64,000 nucleotides of DNA from Tumidithrix helvetica PCC 7403 (GTDB lineage: Bacteria; Cyanobacteriota; Cyanobacteriia; Pseudanabaenales; Pseudanabaenaceae), in contig NZ_CBDDRA010000001.1 in the NCBI RefSeq assembly GCF_965232925.1, positions 64,001 to 128,000 on the forward strand. Direction: 5' to 3'. Shown here in pieces: positions 51,654-61,404 of the stretch (the first letter of the stretch is position 1; each line of letters opens with the position of its first letter). A program made the position numbers and the translations under genes. A model generated the notes under the pieces. That model searched no databases and was not told the origin of the DNA. It saw only the letters and a list, made by a program, of their open reading frames with translations.

Positions 51654-52952
51654 ATGGCTCGTATCGTTGTCATTGGAGCTGGACTGGGTGGGCTTCCCAC
51701 TGCTTACGAACTGAGGCATGCCTTGCCGCGCGAACATCAGATTACGCTCATTTCCAATCAACCGAAGTTTACGTTTGTGCCTTCGTTGCCTTGGATCGGC
51801 CTAGGGTTAAAATCCCTCGACCAAATTCAATTGGATTTAGCTGCAATCGTTCCTCGACATGGCATTGAGTTGATTCAAGATGCTGTCACTGCGATCGATC
51901 CAAGGTTGCAACGCATTAGACTCACGGATCGGACATTGGACTACGACTATGCTGTGATTGCCACGGGACCCGAACTGGTGATGGATGCCTTACCAGGATT
52001 AGGCCCAGAGGGTGGCTATACCCAGTCCGTTTGCAATCCCCACCATGCTGTGATGGCAGGTAAAGCTTGGGAGAAGTTCTTAGAGAATCCTGGACCGATT
52101 GTCGTGGGTGCAGCACCAGGAGCCAGTTGTTTTGGACCTGCCTATGAGTTTGCTTTCCTAATCCATCATGTTTTGAAGCAGAAGGGATTGCGATCGCAAG
52201 TTCCAATCACCTTTGTGACCTCCGAGCCCTACGCTGGACATTTGGGCATTGGGGGAATGGCGGACTCCCGTTGGATGATGCGCAAATTTATGGCAGCTCG
52301 GGAAATTGAGCTGATGGAAAACACGGCGATTTCGCATTTTGAGGCTGATGCTGTTCATTTGGCTGACGGGCGAAGGCTTCCAGCGAAGTACGTGATGGTC
52401 TTGCCACCTTTTCGCGGTCCGCGTTTCCTCCGCGAAGCACCAGGTTTAACCGATGCCAAGGGATTTATACCCGTATTGCCCACCTATCGCCATCCAAATT
52501 TTGAGTCGATTTACGCTGTGGGTGTGATCACGCAACTCAAACCTGTAGAGCAAACTCCCATTCCCACAGGGGCTCCCAAGGTTGGTCTGATGACCGAAGA
52601 AATGGCGCTTGCTGTGGCGCATAATATTGCTCTAGAGTTAGGAGTCATTTCTGGCTCTCCGTATAAACCAACCCTACAGGCAGTCTGCTTCGCGGATTTT
52701 GGCGATACTGGAGCGCTATTTTTGGCAGATCCATTGTTACCCGATGCGTCAGGGCATCGCCATCGTGCGCTAACCTATCAAGGTATTTGGGTGTCTTGGA
52801 TAAAGCTAGGGTTTGAGAAATACTTTCTCACGAAAATGCGCCTAGGTTGGACGATTCCTTGGTTTGAGCGTTGGGGCTTTCGGGCAATTGGATTACCTCT
52901 GGTGGAACCAGTTGCTGTAAAAGCGAGGGAACTGCTTGAGATGAAAGGATGA
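51654..52952 (+). CDS. sqr: Sulfide:quinone oxidoreductase
   Basis: 432 aa; FAD-binding VVIGAGLGG; redox Cys residues; cyanobacterial SQR-like over the whole length. TAGGAG SD. Confidence 0.9.
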   Translation: MARIVVIGAGLGGLPTAYELRHALPREHQITLISNQPKFTFVPSLPWIGLGLKSLDQIQLDLAAIVPRHGIELIQDAVTAIDPRLQRIRLTDRTLDYDYAVIATGPELVMDALPGLGPEGGYTQSVCNPHHAVMAGKAWEKFLENPGPIVVGAAPGASCFGPAYEFAFLIHHVLKQKGLRSQVPITFVTSEPYAGHLGIGGMADSRWMMRKFMAAREIELMENTAISHFEADAVHLADGRRLPAKYVMVLPPFRGPRFLREAPGLTDAKGFIPVLPTYRHPNFESIYAVGVITQLKPVEQTPIPTGAPKVGLMTEEMALAVAHNIALELGVISGSPYKPTLQAVCFADFGDTGALFLADPLLPDASGHRHRALTYQGIWVSWIKLGFEKYFLTKMRLGWTIPWFERWGFRAIGLPLVEPVAVKARELLEMKG

Positions 52953-52978
52953 TTTTCGATTTAAAGTAGTTGGAGGAA

Positions 52979-53293
52979 ATGGCGCTCATGGAAGTTATGG
53001 AAATTGCGATCGATTTGGACGAACTACAGGCAATGGCAGATCGTTTCAAGATCTTGGCAGATCCGACAAGGTTGCAAATTTTAAGAGAAATCTGCAATCA
53101 AGAGCGCAGCGTTCAAGAGATTTGCGATCGCACGGGGCTAAACCAAGGCAATGTTTCCAGACATCTCCGCTTGATGAAAGATGCAGGGGTAGTCGCATGT
53201 CGTCGAGATAGCGTTTGGCGCTATTACCGAGTCATCGATGCCGATCTGATCTCTTTATGCCTCCATATCCGCAAATCCCTGAAAAATCGGTAG
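52979..53293 (+). CDS. ArsR/SmtB-family transcriptional regulator
   Basis: HTH LADPTRLQILREICNQERSVQEICDRTGLNQGNVSRHLRLMKDAGVV. Start is the ATG at 52979 or at 52988; the track's start is a TTG. Confidence 0.8.
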   Translation: MALMEVMEIAIDLDELQAMADRFKILADPTRLQILREICNQERSVQEICDRTGLNQGNVSRHLRLMKDAGVVACRRDSVWRYYRVIDADLISLCLHIRKSLKNR

Positions 53294-53375
53294 GCAGAAA
53301 CCCAATCATCTGGCGATCGCTAGTCCCGATCGCCACAATTACAAGCAATTCTTCTCCCCCCCTTCACAGGCTACG

Positions 53376-53428
53376 GTGTACACACAAGTCGTCAAATGAA
53401 ACGAAGACAAATTTACTTGTGTGTACGA
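53376..53428. promoter_or_regulatory. Dyad-symmetric element (13-bp arms) between the arsR-like gene and the SCP2/rhodanese genes
   Basis: GTGTACACACAAGT ... ACTTGTGTGTACGA, with a 25-nt AT-rich spacer. Confidence 0.35.
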
Positions 53429-53520
53429 GGCAGCTTTGCAAAGGGCTGGTGGAATGCAAGCTTTCTTACCCCGAATTTACGTTATTCAATATTCAATTAA
53501 GTTATCAGGAGATGATTTTT

Positions 53521-53940
53521 ATGTCAGACTTGTTTTCGCAGGAATGGATGCAGACCTATGGTGAGAAGTGGAACGCAGACCCTGAGTTGTCAGATGCACT
53601 TGCCAAAATTCATTTTAATTCAACCATTGGCTATGGCTTTGAGAACGAACCAGAACCTAGGGGAATTCTTGAAATCGAGAATGGGAAAGTAATCCATGCA
53701 GGAGCTTATAAGGGACAAGCCCTTAGTTGGGATTTACGGGCAGAACGCGATCGCTGGCAGGAGTGGCTGAAAAAAGGGTTGAATCTGGTTGGCTTGAGCA
53801 TGGCATATATGTCCCGCAAACTACAATTTCGCGTGGGTGACTATGCTGCCATGATCAAGGATCCGCGCATGGCAGGTCCTTTTATCAAATCGTTTACAGT
53901 GATGGCAAAGGTTAGCCCAGAGATGTCCTATGAAATCTAA
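53521..53940 (+). CDS. SCP2 (sterol-carrier-protein-like) domain protein
   Basis: MSDLFSQEWMQTYGEKWNADPEL...; the C-terminal MAKV... is typical of the SCP2 fold. AGGAG SD. The longer 53215 start in the track is rejected. Confidence 0.55.
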   Translation: MSDLFSQEWMQTYGEKWNADPELSDALAKIHFNSTIGYGFENEPEPRGILEIENGKVIHAGAYKGQALSWDLRAERDRWQEWLKKGLNLVGLSMAYMSRKLQFRVGDYAAMIKDPRMAGPFIKSFTVMAKVSPEMSYEI

Positions 53941-54298
53941 GCAAGAATCCAATCTGAAATCCAATCTGAAATCAAAATCGAAGGTGGCAAAGCTCGTGTT
54001 ACTGACACCATCTCAATTAAAGTCGCGCCAAGATCGGCTATTGGTGGTTGACGTACGCGGTTGTTTGGAATATTGGATGGGACATATTCCGCAAGCACAA
54101 TGTCTCAGCCGCGATCGCATCCTTAAAGAAATTCCAAAGGATCGAGAAATTGCGGTGACTTGTCTGTCAGGACATCGCAGTACTGCTGCTGCTCAATGGC
54201 TCGTTGCCCAAGGCTATCAGCAGGTCTATAACCTACAGGGTGGTCTTTTGGCATGGAAAAGCGCAGGCTATCCCGTGATGTATGGAACTCAATCCTAA
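53930..54298 (+). CDS. Rhodanese-domain sulfurtransferase
   Basis: Active-site loop VTCLSGHRS; overlaps the previous gene by 11 nt. Confidence 0.85.
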   Translation: MKSKQESNLKSNLKSKSKVAKLVLLTPSQLKSRQDRLLVVDVRGCLEYWMGHIPQAQCLSRDRILKEIPKDREIAVTCLSGHRSTAAAQWLVAQGYQQVYNLQGGLLAWKSAGYPVMYGTQS

Positions 54299-54336
54299 GG
54301 CGTCAATGATAGAATAGGCTCAGGAGGTCAAAACCA

Positions 54337-55677
54337 ATGGCTCAAGAAACCTCAACCGAATCGGCAACTGAATCGACTGCCGCATCAGTAACAAAATTAA
54401 CCACCGCATCGGCAACCGAATTTCCCCAAAAAGAGCATTCTTCCTTAGTATCGCTTGCGCGTAAGCATTGGGGGCTTTTGGCGATCGCTGGCTCGGTTCT
54501 CGTGGGAGGAACTTTGATTGTTCTGCAATTGACGCGCCCGTCTCATTCTCCACAGGTAACAGAAGCCCATGCGATCGCGGTCGATACCGTAATTGTTCGG
54601 ACTCAAACGATTCCTGACACCTTGGAACTCTCTGGTACGATTCACCCAGTAGAACAGGCAGTACTCTCTACGCGAGTCATGGGAAGAATTACGCAGATAT
54701 CCTTGGAGGCAGGCGATCGCTTCCATAAAGGCGATATTCTGGCGCAAATTGACGTGGTGGATATGGCTGCTCAGACCAACCAAGCACAGTTTGGCGTTGC
54801 CCAAGCAGAAGCAGATCTGTCACGCTCGCGGGCAACGCTCAGCCAACTGGAAGCGCAACGATTAGAAATGCAGGCAACGCTGCGATTGGCACAGGTAAAC
54901 CAGCGCCGCATGGCACAACTACAAAAGGAAGGTGCGATTTCACAATCGCAATTGGATGAGGTCAATACACGTGCAGAGGAAACCAGTGCGAGGTTAGCGC
55001 AGTCAGAATCAGGCATTCAGCAGGCACAGGCAGCGATCGCTCAATCTCAAGCTGCGGTGAATCGATCGGAATCGGGTGTGGCTGCGGCAGCCGCCAGCGA
55101 AAGCTATGGCACGGTGATTGCGCCTTTTGATGGTGCGGTCGTCCAAAAGCTTGCCTATGAAGGCGAAATGGCAGCGCCCGGCACAGCTTTGCTCAAGGTC
55201 GAGAATCCGAATCGATTGCAGTTAGAAATCTCTGTGCCCGAGGAGAATTTGCGATTCGTGCGCATCGGGCAATCCGTACAGGTGCGCGTTGATGCGATCG
55301 GTGCGAGTTTTACCGCAACAATTCAACAAATCGTGCCGACCTCTGACGCAACTTCTCGCAGTTTTCTGGTCAAAGTTCCCATTCCCACTGCTGTGAATAG
55401 AGGTATTATTTCTGGCATGTTTGGACGCATTGAACTGCCTCGCGGTACGCGCAAAAGCATCTTCATTCCTAGCAACGCTCTCCTCCGACGGGGACAACTG
55501 GAGGGCGTTTATGTGACGCAACCCAAGTCACCTACGGCACTTTTGCGTTGGGTGAAAACGGGTAAGGAGCGAGATGGACAGGTAGAAATCGTTTCGGGCT
55601 TGGTAGAGGGCGATCGCGTGATTATCAGTAACCTCTCGCAACTGAGCGACGGACAGGCGCTCTCTCTCCGAAATTGA
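54337..55677 (+). CDS. RND efflux periplasmic adaptor (membrane fusion protein)
   Basis: 446 aa; N-terminal TM, biotinyl/lipoyl-like halves, a long coiled-coil hairpin and a beta-barrel domain. Confidence 0.85.
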   Translation: MAQETSTESATESTAASVTKLTTASATEFPQKEHSSLVSLARKHWGLLAIAGSVLVGGTLIVLQLTRPSHSPQVTEAHAIAVDTVIVRTQTIPDTLELSGTIHPVEQAVLSTRVMGRITQISLEAGDRFHKGDILAQIDVVDMAAQTNQAQFGVAQAEADLSRSRATLSQLEAQRLEMQATLRLAQVNQRRMAQLQKEGAISQSQLDEVNTRAEETSARLAQSESGIQQAQAAIAQSQAAVNRSESGVAAAAASESYGTVIAPFDGAVVQKLAYEGEMAAPGTALLKVENPNRLQLEISVPEENLRFVRIGQSVQVRVDAIGASFTATIQQIVPTSDATSRSFLVKVPIPTAVNRGIISGMFGRIELPRGTRKSIFIPSNALLRRGQLEGVYVTQPKSPTALLRWVKTGKERDGQVEIVSGLVEGDRVIISNLSQLSDGQALSLRN

Positions 55678-55707
55678 TGGAAATGGGAAATAAGGAGGTA
55701 ATGGGAT

Positions 55708-56229
55708 ATGTACCGAAAATTCTTGTTCCTAATCGCAGCATTCTTTATTGCTCTAGCACTCATCCTGATTGTATCTGGATCGCCTACCCATCAGTTGATT
55801 GCCCAGATGATGGGTAGGCGGAATATGGGAAGCGATATGCGGATAATTCATCAACTATTTGCCGATCGCGACCTCGTTCATCGCACAGTCGAACAGATCC
55901 CTAACGGTATTCGAGCAGTTACTGAATCAGACGATCCAGAAATTGCTGCAAGGATTCAAACCCATGTTGCCAAGATGTACCGTCATTTGGATGAGAAAAG
56001 CGCCTTTCCAGGGATCGGAATGGCACCAACTTTACCCGAGCTGTTTCGTAATGTCGATCGGTATCAGCGACAAATGCAGATGACACCCAAAGGTGTAATT
56101 GTAAGCGAAACTTCTAGTGACGCCGATATGGTTCTTCTCATTCGCGAGCATGCCCGCGAGGTCGATCGCTTTATCTCAGAGGGAATGCCCATAATGATGC
56201 ATGGGATGAACGATCGCATGAGACAGTAA
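55708..56229 (+). CDS. Met/His-rich membrane-anchored small protein
   Basis: 173 aa; N-terminal TM; Met-rich patches MMGRRNMGSDM and MPIMMHGMNDRM. Sits between the MFP and RND genes. Confidence 0.55.
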   Translation: MYRKFLFLIAAFFIALALILIVSGSPTHQLIAQMMGRRNMGSDMRIIHQLFADRDLVHRTVEQIPNGIRAVTESDDPEIAARIQTHVAKMYRHLDEKSAFPGIGMAPTLPELFRNVDRYQRQMQMTPKGVIVSETSSDADMVLLIREHAREVDRFISEGMPIMMHGMNDRMRQ

Positions 56230-56265
56230 GGGAAACGACATAATACTTTAATCAGCACAAATCCT

Positions 56266-59200
56266 ATGGACAGCGATCGGCAACAGCCTCACAAAAGAAT
56301 TCGTTTAGGGTTTGCTGGCAAACTCGCCAAGCAATTTATCGACTCTAAACTCACGCCATTAATTATCTTGGTGGCACTACTGTTGGGTCTCGGTGCGACG
56401 CTGCTCCTGCCACGCGAAGAAGAACCGCAAATTACCGTGCCGATGGCGGATGTCTTCGTACAAATGCCAGGAGCTTCAGCGAAGGATATCGAACAGCGCG
56501 TAACTTCGCCGATGGAGAAACTGATTAAGGAACTACCAGGCGTAGAATACGTGTATTCCACTTCCCGTGCGGGTTCATCCTTAGCAATCGTGCGCTTCTA
56601 TGTGGGACAAAAGACCGAGGATGCGATCGTGCAGCTTTATAACAAGCTCTATGCCAATTTCGATAAGATCCCTGCGGGGGCATCGCAGCCTCTGATTAAA
56701 TCTCGGGCGATCGATGACGTTCCGATTCTGACCCTGACGCTTTGGGGCGAACAGACTACAGGGGCGGAATTGCGACAGGTTGCCGCCCAACTAGACGAAC
56801 AAATCAAACAAGTCCCCGATGTTTCGGAAACTACGATTATTGGCGGACAAAAACGCCAGTTACGCGTGGAACTCGATCCCACCCGCCTGAATGCTTTTGG
56901 CTTATCTCCCTTAGAAATTTCGCGATCGCTGGAAACCCAAAACACTGAACTCGCCAGCGGTGCGCTCAGTCAAAACAATCAATCGTTCCTCGTCCGCACG
57001 CAGAGCTTTATCCGTTCCGTAGAGGATGCGAAAAAACTGGTGGTTGCCGTTGCCAACAACCAACCTGTCTATTTACGCGATGTGGCAACGGTTACGGATA
57101 CCGCCGAGGAACCCGCCAGTTACGTGTTTTTCGGACAGGGAATCGGCAATAAAGAGCAGGGAGAATCGAAAAGCAAAGGCGAAACCGATGCAGTGACGAT
57201 CGCGATCGCCAAACGTCGCGGCTCCAATGCCATTCAAATTTCCCATCGCGTCTTACACAAGCTAGAGCAAATTAAGCGCAACTACATTCCCCAGAATCTT
57301 CACCTCACGGTTACGCGAGACTATGGTGAAACTGCCGCCGAACGTTCCAACGAGTTGCTATTCCACATGCTGATTGCCGTGGCTTCAGTCACAATTCTCA
57401 TGTGGTTTGTCTTGGGCAAAAAAGAAGCTTGGGTGGTAGCGGTTTCGATTCCCGTTACCCTTGCTCTGACGCTAGCGAGCTTTGTATTTTACGGATTTAC
57501 GCTCAATCGCGTTACCTTCTTTGCTCTGATTTTCTCGATTGGCATTTTGGTGGATGATGCGATCGTGGTCGTAGAAAATGTGGGGCGACATCTGCAACTG
57601 CCTGCCAACAAAACTCGCTTGCAATATTCGCCCAACCGTTCCCAGACACTCAAACAGATTGTTCTAGAAGCCGTTGATGAAGTCGGAAATCCCACCATTT
57701 TAGCCACCCTAGCTGTAATTGCGGCGATTTTGCCGATGGCATTTGTGGGCGGTTTGATGGGGCCTTACATGCGACCGATTCCCCTAGGGGCATCGGCAGC
57801 GATGATCTTCTCTGCGTTAGTGGCATTTATCGTCGTACCTTGGACGACCGTGCGCGTGTTTGCCAATTATCGCGGTCACACTAGTAGCCATGCAGATGGG
57901 CAGGAGCATAGCCATGAAAAGGAAGATGCCCTTAGTCGCCTCTACCGTCACTTTATGCGACCCCTGATCCACTATCCCAAGCGCGGCAATCTGTTTATTC
58001 TCAGCACTGTCGTTGCATTAGTAGTGATTATTTTGGGATTGGCAGGATTCCGTTTGGTGATTCTCAAGATGCTGCCCTATGACAATAAAAGTGAATTGCA
58101 AGTGGTGGTGAATATGCCCGAAGGAACCACCCTAGAGCAAACGGCTAGAGCGACAAGGGAAATGGGACAATATCTGGCAACGATTCCCGAAGTGATTCAC
58201 TATCAGAGCTATGTCGGTACGGCTTCGCCCTACAACTTTAACGGATTGGTGCGGCATTACTTTTTGCGATTGGGTACAAATGTCGCCGATATTCAAGTCA
58301 ATTTTTTAGGCAAAGGCGATCGCAGCCGTCAAAGTCACGATCTGGCTAAAGCAATTCGTCCGCAGTTAAAGGAAATCGGCGATCGCTACAATGCCCGCAT
58401 TCAAGTTGCTGAAATTCCACCTGGCCCACCCGTCCTGCAAACCCTCGTCACAGAAATCTATGGGCCCAATTACAACGGTCAAATCGAACTCGCTAAACAA
58501 ATTCGCCAAATCTACCAACAAACCGATGGCGTTGTCGATGTGGATTGGTATGTGGAAGCCCCGCAAACTGATTATCACCTAATTGTCGATCGCGAAAAAG
58601 CCGCGCTCAATGGTATTACCCCTGCCCAAATCTCGGAAGTTCTCCAAATCGCCCTCTCTGGGCGCGACGTCGGACTCCTGCACGATGAGAATGCCCGCGA
58701 AGATATTGGCATTCACCTGCGCTTCAATCAATCCAGTCGGGCGCAATTAGAAGATTTACAATCCCTCAAGCTCAAAGGAACCAATGGCAATCTCGTTCCC
58801 CTCAGCACCCTAGTCAAAACGGAAACGGCTATTGCTGACTACAGCATCTATCACAAAAACTTGCAGCCTGTCGTGTACGTAATGGGCGATGTTTCTGGCA
58901 GGGTAGAAAGTGCTGTCTATGCCATGCTCAACCTGCAACCCCAGATCGATAAGCTCTCGCCCCCCTCAGGAGCAAAGGTGGAAACCTACCTCACCGAACA
59001 ACCCACAGCAACAGAAACCTATGCAATCAAATGGGATGGAGAATGGCAAGTTACCTATGAAGTATTTCGCGATCTGAGCATTGCCTTTGCCGTCGTATTG
59101 GTGCTGATCTATGCCCTCGTTGTCGGCTGGTTCCAATCTTTTACCACGCCTTTGGTAATCATGGCGGCAATTCCCTTTTCCTTGGTGGGAATTATGCCTG

Positions 59201-59616
59201 CTCACTGGCTGATGGGTTCGTTTTTTACGGCAACTTCCATGATTGGCTTTATCGCTGGTGCTGGCATCGTCGTGCGCAACTCAATCATTCTCGTAGATTT
59301 CATCGAGTTACGCCTCAAGGAAGGAATGCCTCTAGAAGAAGCCGTAATCGATGCGGGAGCCGTACGCTTTCGCCCCATGCTGTTAACGGCAGCAGCGGTG
59401 ATCGTCGGTTCGGCAATTATTCTATCCGACCCCATCTTTCAGGGTTTAGCAATTTCACTCATGGCAGGTGAAGTGGCTTCTCTCTTGCTCTCACGCTCGG
59501 CTGTGCCGATTCTCTATTACAAACTACATCATCGCAAAGAGAAATTAAATCCCAGCCCTGCTGTCAGTCAGGCTGGTAGTGAAAAGGAGCGCCACATAGC
59601 CGAGATCGTAGAGTAG
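56266..59616 (+). CDS. RND efflux transporter permease (AcrB/CusA/CzcA superfamily)
   Basis: 1116 aa, 12 TM with two large periplasmic loops. Confidence 0.9.
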   Translation: MDSDRQQPHKRIRLGFAGKLAKQFIDSKLTPLIILVALLLGLGATLLLPREEEPQITVPMADVFVQMPGASAKDIEQRVTSPMEKLIKELPGVEYVYSTSRAGSSLAIVRFYVGQKTEDAIVQLYNKLYANFDKIPAGASQPLIKSRAIDDVPILTLTLWGEQTTGAELRQVAAQLDEQIKQVPDVSETTIIGGQKRQLRVELDPTRLNAFGLSPLEISRSLETQNTELASGALSQNNQSFLVRTQSFIRSVEDAKKLVVAVANNQPVYLRDVATVTDTAEEPASYVFFGQGIGNKEQGESKSKGETDAVTIAIAKRRGSNAIQISHRVLHKLEQIKRNYIPQNLHLTVTRDYGETAAERSNELLFHMLIAVASVTILMWFVLGKKEAWVVAVSIPVTLALTLASFVFYGFTLNRVTFFALIFSIGILVDDAIVVVENVGRHLQLPANKTRLQYSPNRSQTLKQIVLEAVDEVGNPTILATLAVIAAILPMAFVGGLMGPYMRPIPLGASAAMIFSALVAFIVVPWTTVRVFANYRGHTSSHADGQEHSHEKEDALSRLYRHFMRPLIHYPKRGNLFILSTVVALVVIILGLAGFRLVILKMLPYDNKSELQVVVNMPEGTTLEQTARATREMGQYLATIPEVIHYQSYVGTASPYNFNGLVRHYFLRLGTNVADIQVNFLGKGDRSRQSHDLAKAIRPQLKEIGDRYNARIQVAEIPPGPPVLQTLVTEIYGPNYNGQIELAKQIRQIYQQTDGVVDVDWYVEAPQTDYHLIVDREKAALNGITPAQISEVLQIALSGRDVGLLHDENAREDIGIHLRFNQSSRAQLEDLQSLKLKGTNGNLVPLSTLVKTETAIADYSIYHKNLQPVVYVMGDVSGRVESAVYAMLNLQPQIDKLSPPSGAKVETYLTEQPTATETYAIKWDGEWQVTYEVFRDLSIAFAVVLVLIYALVVGWFQSFTTPLVIMAAIPFSLVGIMPAHWLMGSFFTATSMIGFIAGAGIVVRNSIILVDFIELRLKEGMPLEEAVIDAGAVRFRPMLLTAAAVIVGSAIILSDPIFQGLAISLMAGEVASLLLSRSAVPILYYKLHHRKEKLNPSPAVSQAGSEKERHIAEIVE

Positions 59617-59741
59617 TGAATCGACCGACTAGAACAACAGATCGGACATCGCAAACAACTCGCCGAAGACCTCATGCAAACCGTCCTCCGTGAAGCCTTT
59701 GAATAGATTTTTTATACCGCCTGAAGTGTTTGAGGAGCAGG

Positions 59742-59909
59742 TCATGGCTTATCATATGTCTTCGCATCATCGCCATCTTTCCCAGCGATCGTAAGCGGAA
59801 ACTCTGGCAAAAGAGGATGAATCCATCTTTGATGACTTCCCCTAGTTCTAATGACCTGAAATTCTGCTTTTGAGAGAACAGCCCTTAACTCCCTAATTTT
59901 CTTAGGCAT
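59742..59909 (-). CDS. hicA: HicA-like (YcfA family) toxin of a type II toxin-antitoxin system; no hicB partner found
   Basis: I re-translated the minus strand from the internal ATG: MPKKIRELRAVLSKAEFQVIRTRGSHQRWIHPLLPEFPLTIAGKDGDDAKTYDKP (55 aa). The TRGSHQRW/HP...G core is HicA-like. The track extends the ORF upstream to 60062. Confidence 0.55.
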   Translation of the reverse strand: MPKKIRELRAVLSKAEFQVIRTRGSHQRWIHPLLPEFPLTIAGKDGDDAKTYDKP

Positions 59910-60063
59910 GAACTTGATTGTAAACTCAAGATTAGACTTTGTGTTGACGATGACTAAGCCTAGCAAATAAACCTTTGAAACGTTTGCCAAATAAAGAGCC
60001 GAAGGCATCATGAAAAACGTCCTCCGCGAAACCTTTGAATAGTTTTTGGCATTTATATTCAAT

Positions 60064-60091
60064 GTAGGGGCAATTCATGAATTACCCCTAC
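60064..60091. repeat. Second copy of the GTAGGGGCAATTCATGAATT(G/A)CCCCTAC palindromic repeat
   Basis: One mismatch relative to the copy at 21728-21763. Confidence 0.8.
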
Positions 60092-60280
60092 GATTCTATT
60101 TCAGGTATTCGTTTGGAATTACGGGTAAAATTCTCATTTTTTTTATGACAAAGCATTCGCATTAGTAGTTTTTTTATAAAAATTAGTTTTTATACGAATG
60201 CTTTGCCCTGATTAGATGTCGAGATCGATTTTTTCTTGTATTGTGAACTTGTGGGGAATGAAATTCTGTTTATGAATCTG

Positions 60281-60511
60281 TTAGTGAATCTGGAGGCTGA
60301 AATTAATCAGTGCCGAAATCACGACAAAAACGATCGCTCCCACACCAAGTACAGACATGAGACTGGTCACCTGCTCAGAAAACTGCATTACCTCGGCGGC
60401 AATCACCTCTGGGGTTTTATAACGGTCTGCCCAAAACAGGTAGCTCATCACAAAAGCGATCGCTAATAACAGCAGCACAGTAAGTACAAAACCAATCAGT
60501 GGTGTAAACAT
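60281..60511 (-). CDS. Small two-TM membrane protein
   Basis: 76 aa; strong SD (AGGAGG) 8 nt upstream. Confidence 0.55.
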   Translation of the reverse strand: MFTPLIGFVLTVLLLLAIAFVMSYLFWADRYKTPEVIAAEVMQFSEQVTSLMSVLGVGAIVFVVISALINFSLQIH

Positions 60512-60646
60512 AACAATTCCTCCTAACTATCGCTATGTGAATCTATTATGATCCACGGGTCTAATTTCGCAAACTCCTAGGTTACAAAAAGTGTAGAACT
60601 AGACAATTGCACCCAAAAAATTGTTTAGATTAATTACAAACGTTTT

Positions 60647-61351
60647 ATGTCTAATTCTCTGATTCACCCCATAACCGCTCAAAGCTTTGCCACGATCGAC
60701 CGAGAAATAGGCGGTCATGCTTTCAATCCCTTTGAATATGCGATCGTGCAACGGGTGATTCACAGCACTGCCGACTTTGAGTTTAAACATCTTGTGAAAT
60801 TTAGCCAAGGTGCGATCGCGGCGGGAATTAAAGCCATTCAACAGGGCAAAGCGATCGTTACAGATGTAGGCATGGTTAAGCAGGGAATTGTGGGTATGGC
60901 CGCTCAAACCTTTAAAAATCAAATCATTAGTGCCTTAGATTTTGCGGCGCCGATTTCAAATCCAGATGCTTCGGCAAAAAATCAGCTAACGCGCTCTGAA
61001 ATCGGAATGTGTCACTGTATGACAGAGTTTCCTGATGCAATTTTTGTGGTTGGTAATGCACCTACGGCTTTATTAGCTTTGTGCGAGTCAAGCAGTAAAC
61101 CCAATTTCGCTCCAAATCTACCGAATTCAACAGATATAGCGAGTTTTGAAGCTAAGAATTTCCAACCTAGTCTCATTGTTGGTGCTCCCGTAGGTTTTGT
61201 GGCGGTTTTAGAGTCAAAAGCTGCGTTAGAAAAGTCAGGCTTTCCCCAAATTCGTGTAGAAGGTCGTAAGGGTGGCTCTCCAGTTGCAGCTGCGATCGCG
61301 AATGCACTTTTACTATTGGCATGGACTGAGGTTCAAGAGGATAATGGTTAA
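60647..61351 (+). CDS. cobH: Precorrin-8X methylmutase
   Basis: 234 aa, conserved CbiC/CobH fold. Confidence 0.85.
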   Translation: MSNSLIHPITAQSFATIDREIGGHAFNPFEYAIVQRVIHSTADFEFKHLVKFSQGAIAAGIKAIQQGKAIVTDVGMVKQGIVGMAAQTFKNQIISALDFAAPISNPDASAKNQLTRSEIGMCHCMTEFPDAIFVVGNAPTALLALCESSSKPNFAPNLPNSTDIASFEAKNFQPSLIVGAPVGFVAVLESKAALEKSGFPQIRVEGRKGGSPVAAAIANALLLLAWTEVQEDNG

Positions 61352-61404
61352 ATCAGTAAAGTTTTTGCTTTTCAACACCTTAGAAACCCGAACTAGATAA
61401 AGAA

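Noticed and set aside
53215-53520. The track's 241-aa ORF starting at 53215 and overlapping arsR.
   Set aside because: Its 5' 100 codons are an out-of-frame read-through of the arsR 3' end and the palindrome region. A proper SD and ATG occur at 53521, giving a 139-aa SCP2-like protein.
59910-60062. N-terminal 51 codons of the track's 106-aa ORF containing hicA.
   Set aside because: The low-complexity leader (MNINAKNYSKVSRRTFF...) overlaps the R2 repeat and palindrome. The HicA homology begins at the internal ATG (59909).
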